Positions 36,513-45,058 of a stretch of DNA of 64,000 bases are shown here, piece by piece. The stretch is from an uncultured Candidatus Peribacteria bacterium. Its GTDB lineage: Bacteria > Patescibacteriota > Gracilibacteria > UBA1369 > LOWO2-01-FULL-3. Numbering within the stretch: position 1 is the first letter of the stretch; the number at the start of each line of letters is the position of its first letter. The notes under the pieces are model-generated. The model worked only from the letters and a program-made list of their open reading frames with translations, did not search any database and had not been told where the DNA came from. A program made the translations under genes and the position numbers. Location: positions 495 to 64,494 of the forward strand of contig CAYHGX010000005.1 of NCBI GenBank assembly GCA_964356355.1, read 5' to 3'.

Positions 36513-37475
36513 TTATTGGGCTATGGCCTGGATATCTTCTAAGCGACCAGCTAAAACGGTACTAACAAGAGCAAATGCGCCATAAACAATCACTATCCCA
36601 CCAATTGAGGCAAAAATTATACGCTTTGCGCGCTCTACGGCTGTGTCTTCGCCTCCTGCGGTGGCATACATAACTCCGCCAATCAACAACATGAGTACAG
36701 CTGCAGGACCAACAAAACTCACAACAAGATTAGTAATTCCTACTATTTGCTCAACTCCAGCTTTGGCATCGGAATACGGATGAGCTCCAGTAATGCCAGA
36801 ATAGGAGGTTTTATCAATTTTATAGAAGACCTTATTAATAAATACATCTCCAAGATAAACCAGAACCAATCCTGACAAACTATACATAATGCTTTTTTTG
36901 TGCTTCGCTGTAGTCTCCTCATTTCCACCGGCTGTTATCAATTTCGCTGCGGACCGGACAATCATTACCACGGCGTATGAACCGATCACGTATTTCACAA
37001 AGGTCACAAATATCTCCACTTGCTTATCAAAAAGATGTACCCGCTGAAGAATGCTCTGTGGGCTACCAAAAAGAGTATCTTTGCGCATATCAAAAATAGC
37101 AGCAACATCTTGGGACATACTGATCATCACGAAGGCGATAATACTATAAATGATGCCGCGAGTAGCTCTGGAGACCTCTTCTTCGTTGCCACTTGCCGTA
37201 ATAAGGGTGAAGCCCATCAAACTAATAAAAAGCAAACCAATTACGCCTGTGAGCACTTTTACATATGGCAAAACTCCATTAATCACAAATTCAACTACTG
37301 CCTGCTGCCCTTCTCCTGACCCTATGTCCGGAGTGGGAATTTGAGCAGATTTATAAATACCATATGCACTATCCGGCATAGGCAAAGAGCTTGCCAAAGC
37401 CATGTTTCCAATTAAGACGGCCGAAACCGCCATGATCGCTAGAAACTGCAGTGCTGTTTTTAGAATTTGTTTCAT
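36513..37475 (-). CDS. Paralogous three-module pilin-like membrane protein
   Basis: Same architecture as 35522..36511, with turns LITASGNEEEVSRATR, LITAGGNEETTAKHKK and YATAGGEDTAVERAKR. 1-nt gap to the next gene. Confidence 0.7.
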   Translation of the reverse strand: MKQILKTALQFLAIMAVSAVLIGNMALASSLPMPDSAYGIYKSAQIPTPDIGSGEGQQAVVEFVINGVLPYVKVLTGVIGLLFISLMGFTLITASGNEEEVSRATRGIIYSIIAFVMISMSQDVAAIFDMRKDTLFGSPQSILQRVHLFDKQVEIFVTFVKYVIGSYAVVMIVRSAAKLITAGGNEETTAKHKKSIMYSLSGLVLVYLGDVFINKVFYKIDKTSYSGITGAHPYSDAKAGVEQIVGITNLVVSFVGPAAVLMLLIGGVMYATAGGEDTAVERAKRIIFASIGGIVIVYGAFALVSTVLAGRLEDIQAIAQ

Positions 37476-37559
37476 TTTTATTTTAATTTTCCCTATATTT
37501 TAGCATATTTCAGCCTTTTTCTCAAGCACAACAGTACAAAAGCGCTAAATTAAGTTCCC

Positions 37560-37588
37560 TTGCATTTCCAGACTATTATATGTACTAT
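37560..37588 (+). promoter_or_regulatory. Promoter candidate for secE-nusG (TTGCAT-17-TACTAT)
   Basis: Hexamers with 17-nt spacing, about 50 nt upstream of secE. Confidence 0.3.
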
Positions 37589-37638
37589 GCACACAGAAGG
37601 CCAAGGCCTTTTTAGAGATATCAGAAAACCGTACTATT

Positions 37639-37833
37639 ATGAATGCAATCAAATCTTATGTTAAGCACAGCTTTGAAGAGCTGACACGTGTTACTTGGCC
37701 AACTAAGGCCCAGGCAGTGAAGTTAACAATTATCGTTTTTGGTTTTTGTTTGGTAATGGCCTTTTTTCTTGGCTTTGTGGACTATGTTTTAACTTATGGT
37801 TATGACTTATTACTTAAGGCAGCAGCCAAATAA
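37639..37833 (+). CDS. secE: Preprotein translocase subunit SecE
   Basis: 64 aa with a single C-terminal TM helix, the ELTRVTWPTK motif, and a position directly upstream of nusG. Confidence 0.8.
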   Translation: MNAIKSYVKHSFEELTRVTWPTKAQAVKLTIIVFGFCLVMAFFLGFVDYVLTYGYDLLLKAAAK

Positions 37834-37839
37834 ATCACT

Positions 37840-38385
37840 ATGGCACGACAAGTAGAAGGAACAGGTAGGCATTGGTATGTAATTCACACATACTCAGGAT
37901 ATGAGGACGCAGTAAAGGATGCTCTACTTCAGAGAATTGAGTCTTTGGGTATGCAGGATAATATTTTTGACGTTGTAGTTCCAAAGGAAACACAGATTGT
38001 TATTAAAAAAGGACAGCCTGTAACTGAGGAAAAGCGAATTTTTCCTGGTTATGTTTTGGTAGACATGGTTGTAACTGATGATAGCTGGTATGTGGTTCGA
38101 AACACTCCTAATGTAACTGGTTTCGTTGGGTCTGGTACAATTCCAGTTCCCGTTTCGCCTGAAGAGTGGAAGGTGATCAAGAGGCATATGGGGCAGGCCG
38201 AACCTAAATTTAAAATTGACTTTACTCTTACTGATAACGTTATCGTTCTTGATGGTCCGTTTGCGAATTATGATGGAATCATCAGTAATATCGACGAAGA
38301 AAAGGGTAAGGTAAAGGTACTTATCACTATTTTCGGACGCGAAACACCAGTAGAGCTCGATTTTACTCAGATAAAAAAGAAGTAA
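37840..38385 (+). CDS. nusG: Transcription termination/antitermination factor NusG
   Basis: HWYVIHTYSGYE NGN start and a C-terminal KOW (GPFANYDGIISNID...KVKV). Confidence 0.92.
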   Translation: MARQVEGTGRHWYVIHTYSGYEDAVKDALLQRIESLGMQDNIFDVVVPKETQIVIKKGQPVTEEKRIFPGYVLVDMVVTDDSWYVVRNTPNVTGFVGSGTIPVPVSPEEWKVIKRHMGQAEPKFKIDFTLTDNVIVLDGPFANYDGIISNIDEEKGKVKVLITIFGRETPVELDFTQIKKK

Positions 38386-38459
38386 TAGGTCTCTAATTTA
38401 TTGCATTTTTAAATGCTATCGCTTAAGCTGTTCCTGTTTGGTGTACCCTCTTAATTCCT

Positions 38460-39386
38460 ATGAGAAAGTTTACTGTTTTTACAGTGATTCTAGCGATTAC
38501 GGTGATTGTGACCGTGTCAGAAATGTTCGTAAACAATTATTTGCCTAGTCTACAGAGTGGAGAGAAAAAAGATCTTTCACTTACTCTTCCGGAGAGTCTT
38601 GATTTATCAAAAATCGTAAAAACAGATACTTTTGCTGCGGATGAGAATAGCGATGTAGACCCAACCCTCACGAACAAACTGGGTTCTGATGTAGTAAAGG
38701 AAAGCACCTCCACATTCGTAGATGAAACCAGTCCAACTCCAACCCCTATCGCTCCTGTCAAGAGTAAACCTGGCGAGTTGGCCAACCTGTATGACACCGA
38801 CCCTACTTTCACGGGCTCATATGACAACGCTATTCCAGTTCCAGCTGATCAAACTGGAAAATCGCCAGTACCAACCGTTCCGGCAGTAACTGCAAACAGT
38901 AGTGGAAAGGCCGATGATTTTGAGGACCCAAACTACAGTGCCAGTGGCGTAAACGTGACTTTAAGGCAGGACCAAATAGAAAGTGCAGGTTTTTATAATG
39001 CATACATTGAATCAGAGGCTAGCGATGGAAAATTATTCAAGACGATTGATGTGCTTGATCTTTACGACACCCAGATGCAGAAATTTGTCATTCGCAGCAA
39101 AGAGGAAATGATGGCTAAGGCTTACATTTTCAGCGTTGGATCGAGTACTAAAATTGACGAGGTGTATCAATTGATCAAGTCTAGATGTGGACAAACCCCG
39201 CTTGTTACAATCAACGAAACAAATGGCTTTGGTAGTGAGAGTTTTTACATGAATGACTCAAGCAGAAGTAATACTGTGTTTTTGACTGTTCGAGTTGGGC
39301 AAGCTATTTATGCTTTTTCATACCCTAAAACCTATCATCAGCAGGTTAAAAACCTACTGCAGCTGATTACTTGGGAAATAGATTAA
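38460..39386 (+). CDS. Hypothetical membrane-anchored/secreted protein inserted between nusG and rplK
   Basis: 308 aa with an N-terminal TM helix, a Pro/Thr-rich linker and an unrecognised C-terminal domain. Confidence 0.6.
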   Translation: MRKFTVFTVILAITVIVTVSEMFVNNYLPSLQSGEKKDLSLTLPESLDLSKIVKTDTFAADENSDVDPTLTNKLGSDVVKESTSTFVDETSPTPTPIAPVKSKPGELANLYDTDPTFTGSYDNAIPVPADQTGKSPVPTVPAVTANSSGKADDFEDPNYSASGVNVTLRQDQIESAGFYNAYIESEASDGKLFKTIDVLDLYDTQMQKFVIRSKEEMMAKAYIFSVGSSTKIDEVYQLIKSRCGQTPLVTINETNGFGSESFYMNDSSRSNTVFLTVRVGQAIYAFSYPKTYHQQVKNLLQLITWEID

Positions 39387-39406
39387 ATCTATACTTCGAA
39401 AAGGTT

Positions 39407-39434
39407 TTGACTTTTTGCGTAAAATCAGTAGAAT
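39407..39434 (+). promoter_or_regulatory. Promoter for rplK-rplA (TTGACT-16-TAGAAT)
   Basis: Near-consensus hexamers about 45 nt upstream of the rplK ATG. Confidence 0.55.
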
Positions 39435-39479
39435 ACTGCCAATTACGCGCTCGTTTTTTACTATTAATTTCCAATCAAC

Positions 39480-39905
39480 ATGGCGAAAGAAGTAACCAGA
39501 GTGATTAAACTGCAAATCCCTGCAGGAAAAGCTAATCCAGCTCCTCCAGTAGGTACTGCACTTGGTCCGGCCGGTGTAAATATTCAAGATTTCTGTACTC
39601 AGTTCAACAATCAAACTCGTGACATGGGAGATACTATTATCCCAGTAGAGATGACGGTTTATGATGATAGAAGTTTTACCTTTATCTTAAAGAGTCCTCC
39701 AGCTGCTGTACTTATCAAGAAGGCCATTTCTTTGGCTAAGGGCTCAGGAAAACCAAACAAAGAAAAGGTAGGAACAATTACTCGGGCTCAGCTTGAGGAA
39801 ATTGCTAAGATCAAGATGGAAGATTTGAATGCTAACGACGTGGATGCTGCTGTGAAGATTATCAGCGGTACAGCTCGAAGCATGGGTGTGAAGGTGGAAG
39901 GCTAA
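39480..39905 (+). CDS. rplK: 50S ribosomal protein L11
   Basis: [35 protein letters not shown] is the canonical L11 N-terminus. Confidence 0.95.
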   Translation: MAKEVTRVIKLQIPAGKANPAPPVGTALGPAGVNIQDFCTQFNNQTRDMGDTIIPVEMTVYDDRSFTFILKSPPAAVLIKKAISLAKGSGKPNKEKVGTITRAQLEEIAKIKMEDLNANDVDAAVKIISGTARSMGVKVEG

Positions 39906-39957
39906 GCGAGCCCGTAGGGCGAGTTTTTGCATTCTGGATTTGAATTTTACTTATATC

Positions 39958-39986
39958 GTGGGAGGCCTTCGCGGCCGCTTGACCAC
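39958..39986 (+). promoter_or_regulatory. Candidate L1-binding stem-loop (23S rRNA L1-stalk mimic) upstream of rplA
   Basis: GUGG-GA-GGCC-uucgc-GGCC-GCUUGA-CCAC forms an outer 4-bp helix, an asymmetric internal loop and an inner GC helix. The GGGAGGC...GCC..GAC pattern resembles the L1 site as I remember it. Ends 13 nt before the rplA ATG. Confidence 0.3.
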
Positions 39987-39999
39987 TAACCAAAATACT

Positions 40000-40701
40000 A
40001 TGTCTAAACATGGAAAAAAGTATGAAGAGGCTGCAAAGCTAATCGTAAAAGATGTTCACACTCTTGATGAGGCAGTGGCTCTTTTGAAGAAGACTTCAGT
40101 AACTAAGTTTGATTCAAGCTGTGAGGTGCATTTCAATCTTGGAGTTGATCCTAAACAGGCTGATCAGAATATCCGTACAAGTGTAGGACTGCCTCACGGT
40201 ACAGGTAAGGATGTGAGAGTTGTGGCATTCGTAGGAGAAGAGCAGATCAAGGAGGCTAAAGAGGCCGGTGCTTCTGTTGCTGGTACCGAGGAATTAGTGG
40301 CGAAAATCGAGAGCGGTTGGTTAGAATTTGACGTGGCTGTTTCTACACCAGATCAGATGAAGGGACTTGGTAAGGTTGCTAAAATTCTTGGTCAAAAGAG
40401 ACTGATGCCAAATCCAAAGGCTGGTACTGTGGCTCCAGATTTTGTTCGTGTAATTAAGGAACTAAAGCAGGGTAAAGTGGAACTTCGTGTGGATAAGGAT
40501 GGAAACCTACACAATATTTTTGGTAAAGTTTCCTTCGGCGAAGATCAGCTTAAGGAGAACTTGAAGACTATTGTGAAAACAGTACTAGAAGTGAAGCCTT
40601 CTAGCTCAAAAGGAACTTACGTACGAAGTCTAGTGGTTACTACTACTATGGGTCCCGGCATCAAGCTTGACGCTAATGGGGCTATTGCTGAGAGCAAGTA
40701 A
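40000..40701 (+). CDS. rplA: 50S ribosomal protein L1
   Basis: MSKHGKKYEEA...VGLPHGTGK. The start was moved from the track's 39940 (TTG) to the ATG at 40000, which gives the canonical N-terminus. Confidence 0.93.
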   Translation: MSKHGKKYEEAAKLIVKDVHTLDEAVALLKKTSVTKFDSSCEVHFNLGVDPKQADQNIRTSVGLPHGTGKDVRVVAFVGEEQIKEAKEAGASVAGTEELVAKIESGWLEFDVAVSTPDQMKGLGKVAKILGQKRLMPNPKAGTVAPDFVRVIKELKQGKVELRVDKDGNLHNIFGKVSFGEDQLKENLKTIVKTVLEVKPSSSKGTYVRSLVVTTTMGPGIKLDANGAIAESK

Positions 40702-40723
40702 TAAAACTTTGGTAACCGAGCTG

Positions 40724-41305
40724 TTAAATCAGCTTTTTTACCAGTTTAAGTAGAGCCGAGGCTGTTGCTTTGATTTCGTGTTTCATCTTGAAACGGTGCC
40801 ATCCGTGCTTCGTGGCGAGGTGGGAGAGGATTTTGCGGCATTTTTCGGAGAGATCGTCGTCTTGTTCGTGGAGGTGAGTTTTTTCGCGGGCGGCGAGTTT
40901 TCGTTCACCTTCAAAAAGGATGGATATATCTTCCTTGAGCAGATGCTTATTAGCTTGTTCAAGCCATGATTCACTCAGGCCTTTGGCTACTCCCCAAGCG
41001 ATTCCGGTGCCAATGTAGTCCTCGGCGATCACCACGTCGTGAGTAGCGATGAGGTGCTTGAGAGTAGGCTCAAACTGGTAGCGGTTGAGGATAAACCAGA
41101 GCTGAAGCTCGGATTCAGAAATTTTTTGACCTTCAGGTGAGCGCAAGGTTTTATCGAGAAATGGACCAGTAGGTGGGAGATCGTAAATTGGATATTTAAG
41201 GAAATTTACCTTAAGGCCCTCAGCCTCAAGTGACTTAATTAAAAGCTTGGCCTGTGTGCTTTTGCCAATGTTGTTGATGCCGTAAAGTGTGATGAATTTT
41301 CCCAT
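40724..41305 (-). CDS. Thymidylate-kinase-like P-loop kinase
   Basis: GINNIGKST P-loop at the N-terminus and an EDY (DRY-like) motif, 193 aa. Lies 2 nt downstream of dut. Confidence 0.6.
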   Translation of the reverse strand: MGKFITLYGINNIGKSTQAKLLIKSLEAEGLKVNFLKYPIYDLPPTGPFLDKTLRSPEGQKISESELQLWFILNRYQFEPTLKHLIATHDVVIAEDYIGTGIAWGVAKGLSESWLEQANKHLLKEDISILFEGERKLAAREKTHLHEQDDDLSEKCRKILSHLATKHGWHRFKMKHEIKATASALLKLVKKLI

Positions 41306-41307
41306 AA

Positions 41308-41772
41308 TTATTGTGATAATTTCGCTTCGCTCCGCGCTTCATAACCACCAGTTGAGCCGAAGCCTCCCCTGCTTTCTTTGTTGATTTCAGTTACTTCTTG
41401 CCATTCGAAGCGGTCGATTTTCACAAAAACGCCTTGGGCAATTTTTTCGCCGCGGGTGATTTGAACAGGCTGATCAGTAAAGTTGTATACGAGAACTTTG
41501 ATTTCGTCGGTGGGGCCGCAGTAGTCGTGATCGATGATGCCGAAGCCGTGGGGAGGAGTGAGGCCTTTTTTGATTGGAGTGGAGCTGCGGGAGGCCACTA
41601 CTAGCATATAACCTTCTGGGACCTCGACAATTAGGTTGGAAGGTACCATTTCGATGCTTTTGGGCGCGATTTCTACATTTGTGCGAGCGGAAATGTCGAA
41701 GCCAACGGAGCCGGCAGTTTCATAAACTGGAAGGGAAAGATCTTGTTCGAGGCGTTTGATTTGCACTTTCAT
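41308..41772 (-). CDS. dut: dUTP diphosphatase
   Basis: AGSVGFDISAR, RSS..IKKG, GIIDHDYCG and RGGFGSTG motifs. Confidence 0.88.
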   Translation of the reverse strand: MKVQIKRLEQDLSLPVYETAGSVGFDISARTNVEIAPKSIEMVPSNLIVEVPEGYMLVVASRSSTPIKKGLTPPHGFGIIDHDYCGPTDEIKVLVYNFTDQPVQITRGEKIAQGVFVKIDRFEWQEVTEINKESRGGFGSTGGYEARSEAKLSQ

Positions 41773-41848
41773 GGTTGCGGTGCCGGCGGGCTTTATTTTT
41801 TGGTGAGATTAGGATAAATTATAACTCAAAAAGTAACAAACATTTGGC

Positions 41849-42916
41849 ATGAAATTTTTCAAAAAGGTGAATTTGATGGTAACGAGTGCGCTTTTAGCTA
41901 AGGTGGAGGAACCTGCGAGCCAGCAGAAGGAAGCAGTGGCACCCCCAAAAATTGATTTTGCGGTTGGCGGGCAGGCGGTAATTGAGGGCGTAATGATGAG
42001 GTCTTTGAGTTACATTACAATTGCTGTGAGAAAAACTGATGGCAGCATAAGGGTTCGCGAAAAGAAATTTAAAAATTTAACTCAGAGATACAAGTGGCTT
42101 AATATTCCAATTTTGCGTGGAGTAATAAATCTTTTTGAGATGATGGTCATTGGAACCGAGGCAATAAATTTTTCAGCAAATGAATCGTTGGAAGAGCCAA
42201 ATAGCAGTAAGAATGGAGTGGAAAGTGAAAAGGTGCGAGAACCTCAAATGGAAAAGGCTCCATCCAGAGCCAGTGTATTTTTTGAATATCTGATGTTTGC
42301 TTTATCTTTGGTTTTTGCTTTGGCGGTGAGTGTCTTTTTATTTAAGTTTGTACCTCTCTGGGTGGCAACATACTTTGATGGTAAGAGTGCCTATATTCAC
42401 GATAACTACATCGTTTTTAACTTGATTGATGGTGCAATTAAAATATCCGTATTCATTCTTTACATGGCTATTTTGGGTGTAATACCAAGTTTTAAGCGAA
42501 TCTTCGAATATCATGGGGCTGAGCACAAATCTATTTTCAACTATGAAAAGAAGTTGCCACTAACTGTAGAAAATGCCCGCGGAATGACTCGCTTTCATCC
42601 TCGCTGTGGGACAAGTTTTATTTTGATTGTCTTTTTGATTAGCGTGATTGTGTATACCTTCATTCCTAAGCAGGAGAGTTTTAGTGCAAATCTACTTTTG
42701 CGAGTAGCAATGCTACCTTTGATTGCGGGAATTTCTTATGAGTACCTGAAATTGAGTGCCAAATATGCGCAGAATTCTTTCGTAAAACTGCTGATTTTGC
42801 CGGGGCTTTGGTTTCAGAGACTTACTACGAGAGAGCCGAAGGATGACCAGCTCGAGGTTGGGCTGGAATCACTTAAGGCGGCGTTGAGATTGGAGGGACT
42901 GGATAAAGGAATATAA
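41849..42916 (+). CDS. DUF1385 family membrane protein
   Basis: VGGQAVIEGVMMRS and EYHGAEHKSI signature stretches plus several TM helices. Confidence 0.8.
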   Translation: MKFFKKVNLMVTSALLAKVEEPASQQKEAVAPPKIDFAVGGQAVIEGVMMRSLSYITIAVRKTDGSIRVREKKFKNLTQRYKWLNIPILRGVINLFEMMVIGTEAINFSANESLEEPNSSKNGVESEKVREPQMEKAPSRASVFFEYLMFALSLVFALAVSVFLFKFVPLWVATYFDGKSAYIHDNYIVFNLIDGAIKISVFILYMAILGVIPSFKRIFEYHGAEHKSIFNYEKKLPLTVENARGMTRFHPRCGTSFILIVFLISVIVYTFIPKQESFSANLLLRVAMLPLIAGISYEYLKLSAKYAQNSFVKLLILPGLWFQRLTTREPKDDQLEVGLESLKAALRLEGLDKGI

Positions 42917-42939
42917 TCATAGCCATTAACTGCATGTGA

Positions 42940-43872
42940 ATGCCTGACACTCCTGAATTTTCTGAGGTGATAGAGAGTGCTTGTAGACAGCTCAATGTGG
43001 CGTGGGCAAAGGGCATCGTGGAGGTGAGGGATTTTATTCGTGAGGCCACAATGAAGCTTGCAAGGGAGGCTACTTCCAATGAGCAGAAAAATGACGACGC
43101 ACTGAATACTGATGCCGAGCCAAAAAGTGCTAAGGATAAACTCCTTGATTCACTGGGGATGAGGTTTAATAGGCAGGTGGAGGTGCCTGCGGCAGAGATG
43201 ATTGAAGAAATCCTTAGTGATGCGATTAAGGCTGCGGATAGTCGCCTTGTAGTACACTACGCCAACCACATTCATCATCGGGCCATGCATGCGTTTCATC
43301 GTGGTAGCAGGTTTGAATCAATAGTGAATGAGGGCGGAGATCTGGAGGCTTTTATTAACAGCATTAATGAGAGCTTTCCCAGTGAGATTGCAGTGGATGG
43401 ATTGGAGTTTAGAAAATTGGATATCGTGGGTATGTTGGAACAGATGAATCGGGGGTTTTCTTTTGGATACTCCAAAGTAAGGGCACCTAAAGGCGTGGAT
43501 ATTTCATTGGTGTTAGGGCCTGGGGCGGAGGCAAGGGTGTTGGGGCATGGCGACATGATGCAGGAAATCTTTTGGGAGTTGTGCAAGAACGCTTTTGAGC
43601 ACATGAAGGAGGGTGGAAGATTGGAAATTCGCACTCGAAGAGAAGGAGATGAGATGATTATAGAATTTGAAGATAGCGGTATGGGGATAGCTGAGGAGGA
43701 TATTGGTAGAGTCTTTGAAGATGGATTTACCAAGAGAAAGGACGGAACAGGAAAAGGACTCTATAATGCAAAGCTTTACATTGAAGAATTCATGAAGGGC
43801 AGGATTGAGGTGGAGTGTTTAGCGGGGAAGGGTGCTACTTTTAGGATCACGTTGCCGCTTGCGAGAGACTAG
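42940..43872 (+). CDS. GHKL/HATPase_c domain protein (histidine-kinase-like); no clear H-box or TM helix
   Basis: N-box ELCKNAFEH, G1 EDSGMGI and G2 GTGKGL in the C-terminal approximately 120 aa. The N-terminal approximately 190 aa are unrecognised. No response regulator is adjacent. Confidence 0.7.
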   Translation: MPDTPEFSEVIESACRQLNVAWAKGIVEVRDFIREATMKLAREATSNEQKNDDALNTDAEPKSAKDKLLDSLGMRFNRQVEVPAAEMIEEILSDAIKAADSRLVVHYANHIHHRAMHAFHRGSRFESIVNEGGDLEAFINSINESFPSEIAVDGLEFRKLDIVGMLEQMNRGFSFGYSKVRAPKGVDISLVLGPGAEARVLGHGDMMQEIFWELCKNAFEHMKEGGRLEIRTRREGDEMIIEFEDSGMGIAEEDIGRVFEDGFTKRKDGTGKGLYNAKLYIEEFMKGRIEVECLAGKGATFRITLPLARD

Positions 43873-44791
43873 CCTGATGCTTCTCTCTATATCTTTGATC
43901 AATCAGATGCGCAATTTGGTGGTGTTCGCGGCACATGGGTGCGATGTAGCGAGGGTCGTGGACGCGGACGAGTGAGAGTCTTTGAGAGTGGTGGTTTTCC
44001 ACCGCCGGTTTGCAGCAGCCGGGAACCGAGCATTTGGTGCCATGTTCTTCGTCGAGCACGGCCTGCACTTTGACTGAAATGTAGCCTGAGGTTTTTAGTT
44101 TTTCGCCAGGTTTGAGCGTTGCTCTTTTGGCTTCCATGCGGGCAATTGCTTCTTTCGCTAGTTCTTCTTTTCTCGCTTCAATTTCCTTCTGCCTTTTCTC
44201 TAGCATTTGTAAAATAATTTGATTGATGTCGTGGCCTTGGAGTTGAAGGTGATTAAATTTTTCGATTACTTCATCAGAGAGTTGAAAATTTGGCAAAGAT
44301 ATTTTGAATTGCGTGTGCACGTGCACAGACTTACCACCGAAAAGTGGCTTTCCTTGGCCACCCGAGGTTTCATTCCTAGATGGATTTTCTGCTGAAATTT
44401 TGTAATCCCGAACCATTGTTTCTAGAGCTCCGCGCGGCAAAACTTTTACAATTTCAGCTAATTCTTCTTCGTTTTCCGGCGTGGCGATTGAGGCTATACG
44501 CGTAAGCTTATTTACGCTCACTGCTCCTTCAATTAATATGTTTTTGAGAGTTGGCATTGAGGAAAAACGCTGTTCTAGGTTGATTGCGCGGCGTACTTGT
44601 TCTTGCGATAATCCGGCCAATTTAAAGGCGAATTCAAAAATGGAATCGAATCCTTTCTTTTCATAAAGTTTGCGGCGGTCCACTTCGGGTAAGAGCCCAA
44701 TGAATCTTCTGCGCCATTTTAAGGCGCGGGCACCAAATTTTAGGCAGAGATTTAGTAAATCGGAATCGGAAATATTTTGGAGATTTTTCAT
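43847..44791 (-). CDS. HNH endonuclease domain protein (DUF222-like N-terminal region)
   Basis: The C-terminus reads CSVPGCCKPAVENHHSQ...APMCREHHQIAH. The start was set to the ATG at 44791 (MKNLQNISDSDLL). The 3' end overlaps the convergent gene by 26 nt. Confidence 0.8.
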   Translation of the reverse strand: MKNLQNISDSDLLNLCLKFGARALKWRRRFIGLLPEVDRRKLYEKKGFDSIFEFAFKLAGLSQEQVRRAINLEQRFSSMPTLKNILIEGAVSVNKLTRIASIATPENEEELAEIVKVLPRGALETMVRDYKISAENPSRNETSGGQGKPLFGGKSVHVHTQFKISLPNFQLSDEVIEKFNHLQLQGHDINQIILQMLEKRQKEIEARKEELAKEAIARMEAKRATLKPGEKLKTSGYISVKVQAVLDEEHGTKCSVPGCCKPAVENHHSQRLSLVRVHDPRYIAPMCREHHQIAHLIDQRYREKHQASLSQAAT

Positions 44792-45029
44792 AAGGTAGTT
44801 GGTAAAAATTAATGGTAGTACCACTACCTAAGATCGAATTCATTTTACCATGATGAGTCTAAATAATCAGCATTTAAAGCCAATAAGTGCGTATTTGCTG
44901 TTGCAAATTTTGTTAATCATTTCGTAGTGAGTGTTTACTCACCCGGTATAGTTGTTAATTCATTTCAGAGAGCATGCATAACTCCACGCACGCGGGTGAT
45001 GAATGTATATTCAACGCTGGCCTAAAAGG

Positions 45030-45058
45030 TTGACTCCCAAGCGGTAAAACTATATTAT
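45030..45058 (+). promoter_or_regulatory. Promoter candidate for folD-purF-purD (TTGACT-17-TATTAT)
   Basis: Hexamers with 17-nt spacing, 50 nt upstream of folD. Confidence 0.5.

Noticed and set aside
39940-39999. Upstream-extended starts offered by the ORF track (rplA at 39940, typA at 7974, M23 peptidase at 9468, HNH at 44824)
   Set aside because: The extensions add non-conserved residues before canonical N-termini, often from non-ATG codons, and in two cases begin upstream of the predicted promoter.
42940-44791. ATPase plus HNH pair as a Septu-like defence system
   Set aside because: The genes are convergent, not an operon. The ATPase is a histidine-kinase-type GHKL fold rather than an AAA15/ABC ATPase.
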